Below are positions 38,098 through 44,755 of a DNA stretch of 64,000 nt, in pieces; positions within the stretch are counted from its first letter, which is position 1; each line of letters begins with the position of its first letter. A model generated the notes under the pieces. The model did no database searches. It was not told where the DNA came from and was given only the letters and a program-made list of their open reading frames with translations. Origin of the DNA: Bacteroidales bacterium (lineage in GTDB: Bacteria > Bacteroidota > Bacteroidia > Bacteroidales > UBA12077); assembly GCA_030611105.1 (NCBI GenBank), contig JAUWQL010000002.1, positions 6,192 through 70,191 of the forward strand, written 5' to 3'. The position numbers and the translations under genes are program-made.

Positions 38098-39411
38098 TTA
38101 TCTTTCATTTAACTCGCCAAACTTAGTATTTTTATTTAAAATATACCGAAGTGGTCTTATAATTCTCTCTAGCAATCTGATATCTTCAGTAATTATTTCT
38201 GCTGTGCCTTGCATCTCCTGTTTAAATTCTAAATCTATTCCATAAAAGGTACTTAATCCTTCAGGCAATTCTATTTCGGCTGTATAATAATTATTATTTG
38301 GAGCTAGTGAAATGGATTTTATTATTCCTTTAACCATTCCAAATTCCATATATGGATAATTTGCAAATTGAATATTTACCAATTGACCTTCTTTAACTTT
38401 TCCGGCACCCTGAAACATTAATTGTACTTTACCAATCATTTCGCCCTCATCCTGAGGAATAACTGTCAAAACCGTTTCACCGGATTTTACAGTTTGATTC
38501 TCATTCCAAAACTGATTAAAAGTAACCACTCCATTTGTTGGTGCAATAAGAACATAATGGTGTTTCCATGTATCAATTGCCGAAAGAAGATTTTCATACG
38601 ATTCCCAAATGAGAATAACCTGATCTGAAATTTGCTTTTCTTGTTGTAACTCCAATTCCAGAATACTTTGATTCAATTGTTCAACTTGAATTTCAACATT
38701 TGTGACAGACAAATTGCTTTGTTCTAAATTATACGATTTAGAAAGTAATTCTGACTTTGATTTTTCGAAATCTGATTCTGATAACAAATTCTGTGTGTAT
38801 AAAACAGAATCGCGATTGAACTGTTTCTTTGTTAACTGATATCCTTCCTTTAATATTCCGTTTTGAATCTTATAATTTGCCAGATAAAGGCCATACTTCT
38901 TAAGCTCTTTTTTATACAATTCTATTTTACGTTGATGATAATTTAACTTAATGGTTTTATTGTATTCGTCAACATTTTTAAAAAAATTTGCATAATAAAC
39001 CTGTATTTCACCAAGGATATATGTTTTGTATGATAAATTAATTATTTCTCCTGATTTGAAATTACTTTTAAACTTCTTCAAATTTTTCGCTAAACTCTCA
39101 ACCGATTCATAATTTCCGGGGTTCTCGATTACACCTACAACTTGATTTTTTGAGACTAAATCATTATCTGAAACAAATAAATTTTGAATTTTACCCGTTG
39201 TCTTTGCTAAAACAGGAGCCGGAGGATTTTCAGTGGTTAAAACAATTGGAGCTGAGACAATATCAGGATATTTAAAAAACCAACTACCAACAATAATTAC
39301 AGCTACAACAAAAAACATTATGGTAATTCCCCACCTTACAATCCATTTTGGCGGCCTGCTAAGAATCTCTTGTACTTCATTGCTTCTTAATTCAATTGTA
39401 TCTTCTTTCAT
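38098..39411 (-). CDS. HlyD-family membrane fusion / peptide-export accessory protein
   Basis: N-terminal TM, long coiled coil and C-terminal beta domain. Typical bacteriocin-exporter partner architecture. Confidence 0.8.
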   Translation of the reverse strand: MKEDTIELRSNEVQEILSRPPKWIVRWGITIMFFVVAVIIVGSWFFKYPDIVSAPIVLTTENPPAPVLAKTTGKIQNLFVSDNDLVSKNQVVGVIENPGNYESVESLAKNLKKFKSNFKSGEIINLSYKTYILGEIQVYYANFFKNVDEYNKTIKLNYHQRKIELYKKELKKYGLYLANYKIQNGILKEGYQLTKKQFNRDSVLYTQNLLSESDFEKSKSELLSKSYNLEQSNLSVTNVEIQVEQLNQSILELELQQEKQISDQVILIWESYENLLSAIDTWKHHYVLIAPTNGVVTFNQFWNENQTVKSGETVLTVIPQDEGEMIGKVQLMFQGAGKVKEGQLVNIQFANYPYMEFGMVKGIIKSISLAPNNNYYTAEIELPEGLSTFYGIDLEFKQEMQGTAEIITEDIRLLERIIRPLRYILNKNTKFGELNER

Positions 39412-39434
39412 AATGGAACACTAATAACACAGAT

Positions 39435-39827
39435 TTAACTAATTTTCACTGATTTTTTGTTATTTGTAAAGATCTTCCTCTTAAATTCAGGTTCTTTACC
39501 AAAGTTAAGAAGTAAACCAATTTCTATTGTTGTTGCTTTTAAATAATTGATTAACTGAAACTCATGTTCCTCGCAAATATTTTCAACTACCTTTAATTCC
39601 AGTATTATTCTATTTTCAACAATTATATCGGCAAAATATTCTCCTACAATTATATTATTGTAATTCACCTTAATTGGTTTCTGTTTTTCACATTCTAATC
39701 CTAACTGTTTCAATTCAATTAATAAGGCATTCTCATAGACTTTTTCCAGAAAGCCATAGCCTAAATTATTATAAACATTATAAAATGCTTTAATTATTTT
39801 ATTAGAAAGCTCTTTATGAAGAAACAT
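39435..39827 (-). CDS. GxxExxY protein (PD-(D/E)xK-like family)
   Basis: GYGFLEKVYENAL contains the GxxExxY signature. 130 aa. Confidence 0.8.
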   Translation of the reverse strand: MFLHKELSNKIIKAFYNVYNNLGYGFLEKVYENALLIELKQLGLECEKQKPIKVNYNNIIVGEYFADIIVENRIILELKVVENICEEHEFQLINYLKATTIEIGLLLNFGKEPEFKRKIFTNNKKSVKIS

Positions 39828-39882
39828 AATTTTATATTTTAATTTGCGACAATCTGTTTAATCCGCGTCATCTGCGTTCTAT

Positions 39883-42084
39883 TTAACTACCAAGTTCCAA
39901 CTGATTCTTTACCAACTCATAATACGCACCCTTCTTTTTAGTTAGTTCAGCATGTGTTCCTTTTTCTACTATTTTTCCTTTTTCCAAAACAACAATCTGG
40001 TCGGCATTTTTTACTGTACTTAACCTGTGAGCCACTACAATAACCGTTTTCCCTTTAAAAAACTGATCGAGATTTTCCATTATAATTCGTTCATTATTAG
40101 CATCAAGAGCATTGGTAGCTTCATCGAAGAATATAAACTCGGGATTTTTATAAACAGCCCGCGCGATTAATATTCTCTGCTTTTGACCCTGGCTCATTCC
40201 TACTCCGTTTTGTCCTATTTTTGTATTGTAACCTAACGGCAATGACTCTATAAACTCCTGAATATTTGCAACTTTAACGGCATTTAATAATTTTTCAAGA
40301 TCAGGATATTCATCTGAAACAGCAATGTTATTCGCTATAGAATCTGAAAAGATAAAACCATCTTGCATTACAACGCCACATTTGTCTCGCCACATGCGGT
40401 TACTTACATTATCCAGGTATAGATCACCTAAATTAATTTTACCTTTGGTTGGATTATAGAACCCGAGTAATAATTTAATCAGTGTTGTTTTACCGCTTCC
40501 GCTGGTTCCTACAATTGCCGTTATTTTCTTTTCCGGAATATTCAAATTCACATCGTCTAAAACAAATGGTGAGCGAGGCCCTTCGTATTGAAAAAATAGT
40601 TTATCGATATTTAAATCCCGATGTTCCGGTAAAATACTGATTTTTGGAGTTTCATCAGATTCTTCATTTTCCTTATTATGAATTTCACCTAAACGCTCTA
40701 AACTTATCTTTGCATCCTGGGTCGATTGTAAGAAACTAATCATTTGATTAATCGGACTATTCATCTGTCCAATAATATACTGTACAGCCAGCATCATACC
40801 CAGGGTCATATTACCATCGATAACCGATTTTGCCGCGATAAATGTGATAATTATGTTCTTTACTTCGTTTATTAAAACACCTCCAGCCTGCTGATACTGA
40901 TTTAACGACAAACTTGCCATATTAACTTTAAACAACTTTACTTGGATATTTTCCCATTCCCAGCGTTTTTGTTTTTCGCAGTTATTCAGTTTTATTTCCT
41001 GCATCCCGGTTATAAGCTGAATAACATTACTCTGATTATCGGACATTTGAGCAAATCTACGATTGTCCAAATCTCGTCTCTTTTTCATAAAAAGATATAC
41101 CCAGACTGTATATAGTACACTACCTATAAGAAATATTAAGAAAATATTTACGCTATAAATCAGCAAAACAATTCCAAATATTATCAAATTGATAAAAGAA
41201 AATAAAATATTTAAAGTTGATGATGTTAAAAAGGTTTCGATACGTTTATGATCTCCTATGCGCTGAATCAGGTCCCCAATCATTTTGGTATCAAAAAAAG
41301 AAACCGGTAGTTTCATTAATTTAATCAGGAAATCAGAAATTAAAGAAATATTGATCCGTGTACCCAAATGCAACAATATCCAACTGCGAATAAACTCGAC
41401 AATTGTACGTGAGAATATTAAAACCAGTTGGGCAATAATGATTAATGTAACAAAATCTAAATTCTGTGTATTTATACCTTTATCGACAATACTCTGAGTT
41501 AAAAACGGAAAAATTAATTGTAATAAACTTCCTAATAATAATCCCAGGAATAATTGAGTAATAATCTTTTTAAAAGGACGCAGGTAAGAAAACAAAAACT
41601 TAAAACCCGATTTATTTAATTTTTCATCATCTGCCTTGTAAAAATCAGGTGTGGTTTCAAGCAATAAGCAAAGGCCTTTATCATCTCCTCCTTCTTTTGT
41701 AGATGCCCAACCCGATAAAAACTCTTCTTTGGTAAATTTTATTAATCCACGAGCAGGATCTGAAACATACACAAATATTTTCCCGTTACGCTGTTTCTTT
41801 ATTTTATAAACAACAACAAAATGATTCTGATTCCAATGTGCAACACATGGTAAAGGTGTTTCGTTTAAAAGTTGCTCAAATGTTATCCTTACTCCCATAC
41901 TTCGGAATCCAATTGCTTCGGCAGCATCACTTATCCCAAGCATCGAAACACCTTCGCGGGTAATATAGCTTTTATCTCGTAATGTTTGTAAAGAGTAATT
42001 TTTACCATAATGTTTTGCAATCATCCTGAGGCAGGAAGGGCCGCAATCCATGGCGTCGAGTTGTTTGAAAAAGGGGAAAGGCAT
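39883..42084 (-). CDS. Peptidase C39 domain-containing ABC transporter (double-glycine peptide cleavage/export)
   Basis: ATG at 42084. The N-terminus FFKQLDAMDCGPSCLRMIAKHYG carries the C39 catalytic Cys. Six TM segments. Walker A GTSGSGKTT, signature MSQGQKQR, Walker B FIFFDEAT. Confidence 0.9.
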   Translation of the reverse strand: MPFPFFKQLDAMDCGPSCLRMIAKHYGKNYSLQTLRDKSYITREGVSMLGISDAAEAIGFRSMGVRITFEQLLNETPLPCVAHWNQNHFVVVYKIKKQRNGKIFVYVSDPARGLIKFTKEEFLSGWASTKEGGDDKGLCLLLETTPDFYKADDEKLNKSGFKFLFSYLRPFKKIITQLFLGLLLGSLLQLIFPFLTQSIVDKGINTQNLDFVTLIIIAQLVLIFSRTIVEFIRSWILLHLGTRINISLISDFLIKLMKLPVSFFDTKMIGDLIQRIGDHKRIETFLTSSTLNILFSFINLIIFGIVLLIYSVNIFLIFLIGSVLYTVWVYLFMKKRRDLDNRRFAQMSDNQSNVIQLITGMQEIKLNNCEKQKRWEWENIQVKLFKVNMASLSLNQYQQAGGVLINEVKNIIITFIAAKSVIDGNMTLGMMLAVQYIIGQMNSPINQMISFLQSTQDAKISLERLGEIHNKENEESDETPKISILPEHRDLNIDKLFFQYEGPRSPFVLDDVNLNIPEKKITAIVGTSGSGKTTLIKLLLGFYNPTKGKINLGDLYLDNVSNRMWRDKCGVVMQDGFIFSDSIANNIAVSDEYPDLEKLLNAVKVANIQEFIESLPLGYNTKIGQNGVGMSQGQKQRILIARAVYKNPEFIFFDEATNALDANNERIIMENLDQFFKGKTVIVVAHRLSTVKNADQIVVLEKGKIVEKGTHAELTKKKGAYYELVKNQLELGS

Positions 42085-42145
42085 TTTTTGTTTAAAGATA
42101 ACTATTCTAAAAATTAACAAAAACTTTTTTGCATTATATCAAATA

Positions 42146-42183
42146 GATACCATCTCCAAATATTAACATTCGGAGATGGTATC
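42146..42183 (-). promoter_or_regulatory. Perfect 12-bp intercistronic hairpin between the LytTR gene and the ABC exporter gene
   Basis: GATACCATCTCC (42146-42157) pairs with GGAGATGGTATC (42172-42183), with a 14-nt loop. Confidence 0.5.
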
Positions 42184-42218
42184 ACTGGGGTTAATAACAA
42201 CAAACCTAACTTAATAAT

Positions 42219-42572
42219 TTATACTAACTCTTGAAGATCATACACTTTTTTTAAGCTCGTGAATAATTCATCTTGCTTATTATAGTTTACAAATATTTCC
42301 TTACCGTTTTCTAATACAACTTTTGAGGCATCGGAAGGAAATACTACCTCAACATGACGAAGATTTACCAGGTATCTATTATTAAACCTGAAAAATCCCT
42401 GGTCGAATAATAAATGCTCTATTTCATTTAGGGTTAATAACAACTCGATTTTTTCGTTATTAATTAGCGTAAGTCTTGAACATTGAAGGCTTGTTTCAAT
42501 ATAGAGTATCTGACTACAATCTATTTTCATTTTACCCTTTTCTGTAGGTATATAAATATTATAAGTACTCAT
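42219..42572 (-). CDS. Stand-alone LytTR DNA-binding domain protein (no receiver domain)
   Basis: ILYIETSLQCSRLTL...FFRFNNRYLVNLRHV matches the LytTR pattern. 117 aa. Confidence 0.8.
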   Translation of the reverse strand: MSTYNIYIPTEKGKMKIDCSQILYIETSLQCSRLTLINNEKIELLLTLNEIEHLLFDQGFFRFNNRYLVNLRHVEVVFPSDASKVVLENGKEIFVNYNKQDELFTSLKKVYDLQELV

Positions 42573-42583
42573 AATTTCTTAAT

Positions 42584-43357
42584 TTAAATTATATTAAATC
42601 CTTTATTTCTTTCATGTTTTATTGGAATAACAAAAGAGAATTCCTGATTTTCAGAATCCAGAGTCAGCTCACCTCCCAGCATTGATACTGAACCGGATAG
42701 AACTTTGTAATTAAAATAGTCGAAAGAATTATCTTCATCAATTGAACACAACTGATGTTCGGTTAAAAAATCATTAGTAGATAATTTTTCCTTTGCAGGA
42801 CGAACAAATATATTCAAGTATTTATTCTCAGTTATACGATAACCCAATTCAAATTCTACAACAGGATATTTTACAGATACCAGGTTAATAATTCTTCGTA
42901 AAGCTTTTTTCAGTAACATTGAATCTGTTTCAATTTTCAAATCCTTTACCTTGGTATCCCACACAAGCATCAAATTAATATCGGTATCATTATTTTCAAT
43001 TTTTCGATTGTAAAAATCCTCAGTAAATTCCCATAAAATCTGATTTATATCGTATTTTTTTATTATTAACGAATAGTTGTTCGCCTCAAATTGGGATAAA
43101 TCCATAATATTATCTACAAACTGTAGTAATAAATTACTCCCATTTAAAATACCCCGAATATATTCTTTCTGCTTTTCATCAATTACCTCCCTTAAAACCA
43201 GCAATTTCGAAAAACCCATGATTGAGTTTAGCGGAGTTCGTATACCATGCGAGATATGAGATAAAAAACTAATTTTTTCAGTGTTATATTTTTTCTTATT
43301 TTCTCTCACGATTTTGCCGTTTATGGTTTTTATATTGTTTTTCATAGAATCTCGCAT
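42584..43357 (-). CDS. Cytoplasmic HisKA-domain protein with degenerate ATPase domain (pseudo-histidine kinase / phosphotransfer protein)
   Basis: H-box FLSHISHGIRTPLNSIMGF. No TM segments or sensor domain. In the C-terminal domain I cannot find an N-box Asn, DxGxG or GxGxG boxes. Confidence 0.65.
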   Translation of the reverse strand: MRDSMKNNIKTINGKIVRENKKKYNTEKISFLSHISHGIRTPLNSIMGFSKLLVLREVIDEKQKEYIRGILNGSNLLLQFVDNIMDLSQFEANNYSLIIKKYDINQILWEFTEDFYNRKIENNDTDINLMLVWDTKVKDLKIETDSMLLKKALRRIINLVSVKYPVVEFELGYRITENKYLNIFVRPAKEKLSTNDFLTEHQLCSIDEDNSFDYFNYKVLSGSVSMLGGELTLDSENQEFSFVIPIKHERNKGFNII

Positions 43358-43370
43358 GAATTTCTCTCAG

Positions 43371-44120
43371 TTAATTTTTGAGATCTTTTAATACTTTAGC
43401 TGCCTGTTCCCTGTAATAACTTTCATCTTTTATTATTTCATTTAATACATTTTTGGCCTTAAGGGTATTTTCAGTTTTTAAATAACACATTGCCAAATAC
43501 CATTTTGCCTGCTCAATAAACAAGTTATCATTATGAGAAATAATATTGTTAAATGACTTTGTGGCTTTCTGGTATTTTTCCTCTTCTATGTATGAAATAC
43601 CGGAATATAAGCTAACAGCTATATCATTTTCCCTGGTATCTAGAACTTCTTCGAAAAGAACTAATGCCTGTTCATAGTCTTTTTCTTCGTAGCGTTCGAG
43701 TGCATTTAACAATAATCTGTCTACTTCGGTATTTCCGGAACGATAAGTAACAGTTACATCATAAGGAGCATAATACTTTGCAAAAACTGCACTATTATCC
43801 AAATCGGGTTTTGCTAATCTCTGAACCAATCCTCCTGTTGCAATTAATAAAGCAGCTGAAGCCGCAGCATAGTAGAGTCTGCGTTTAGTAAATACCGGCG
43901 GTATTCTCTTAACCTCAGATTCTTCCGCATACATGTAGTCCATAGTTTCTCTCAGCGCCATTACATCATCTTCGATTATTGAGTTATTGATTTCAATACT
44001 CAGGTTATAATCGCGCTTTATATCGTTGTCGGTTGAAAGTAATTCTTTAAAATTGAATAATGCCTTTCCTGCTAATTCTCCATCGATATATTTTTCAATC
44101 ATTTCAAAGTTTGTATCCAT
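43371..44120 (-). CDS. Single-pass membrane TPR protein with anti-sigma-like N-terminus (paralog of 47544..48290)
   Basis: ATG at 44120 (MDTNFEMIEKYIDGEL...). TM segment LYYAAASAALLIATGGLV. C-terminal TPR-like repeats. Confidence 0.6.
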   Translation of the reverse strand: MDTNFEMIEKYIDGELAGKALFNFKELLSTDNDIKRDYNLSIEINNSIIEDDVMALRETMDYMYAEESEVKRIPPVFTKRRLYYAAASAALLIATGGLVQRLAKPDLDNSAVFAKYYAPYDVTVTYRSGNTEVDRLLLNALERYEEKDYEQALVLFEEVLDTRENDIAVSLYSGISYIEEEKYQKATKSFNNIISHNDNLFIEQAKWYLAMCYLKTENTLKAKNVLNEIIKDESYYREQAAKVLKDLKN

Positions 44121-44160
44121 AGTTTTTAATTTCAAGTTTAACTCCTTACTGTCTTATTTG

Positions 44161-44180
44161 AGACACAATGCATTGCGTCT
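44161..44180 (-). promoter_or_regulatory. 20-nt palindrome/hairpin between the peptide gene and downstream genes
   Basis: AGACACAATGCATTGCGTCT. One mismatch, which becomes a G-U pair in the minus-strand RNA. Confidence 0.4.
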
Positions 44181-44329
44181 TTACCATATCTATTTAACTC
44201 TCCGCCAACTGGCAGATTAGTTCAGGTCTTGTTAGAAAAGACCAACTCAACATTATACTTCGACAGGGCATATACATTGAGTCGGTCAACACTTTAAGAA
44301 CGTATATTTGAATCGAAAGGGAGGGCAAT

Positions 44330-44485
44330 TTAATTTCCGCCGTTTGTTGATGGTGGCCATAAATCTTCATCTTGTTCATCTCCACCTTTTATAATTATCA
44401 TTGCATTTGTATCAAGACTGTTTAAAAAATTGTTCATTGATTTTTTAGTTTCTTTAATTCCAAAAATGTTTTTTAATGTTTTCAT
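44330..44485 (-). CDS. Double-glycine-leader peptide precursor (51 aa), not in the ORF track
   Basis: Minus-strand ATG at 44485. Sequence MKTLKNIFGIKETKKSMNNFLNSLDTNAMIIIKGG / DEQDEDLWPPSTNGGN. The leader fits the L(-15), L(-12), M(-7), I(-4), G(-2)G(-1) spacing of C39-processed peptides. Heads the gene string containing the C39 ABC exporter. Confidence 0.65.
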   Translation of the reverse strand: MKTLKNIFGIKETKKSMNNFLNSLDTNAMIIIKGGDEQDEDLWPPSTNGGN

Positions 44486-44755
44486 AGTTCCTTTTTTTTA
44501 AAATTTAAAATTTATTTAATTTTTATCTTTAATGTCCTCTCACTTATATATTCCGAAAATCACCAAAAGGTGACCCCCTGTTTTCAACTTTTTTTCAACT
44601 TTTTTTATTTTATTTAGATAAGTAACTGATTTGCTGATAATTATTTTTTGCATTTTTTAAAACTTTTTTGCATTTTTATAGTATATATTAATGAAATCTC
44701 TAAAAACTCAAAAAATAATTTTTAGAAATGCCATTAAGTATAGAATAAGAAAATA

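Noticed and set aside
44194-44385. Track ORF of 63 aa on the minus strand (MEMNKMKIYGHHQQ...).
   Set aside because: It overlaps the GG-leader peptide ORF out of frame and runs through the hairpin-rich spacer. It has no recognisable features. The 51-aa GG-leader ORF explains the coding signal better.
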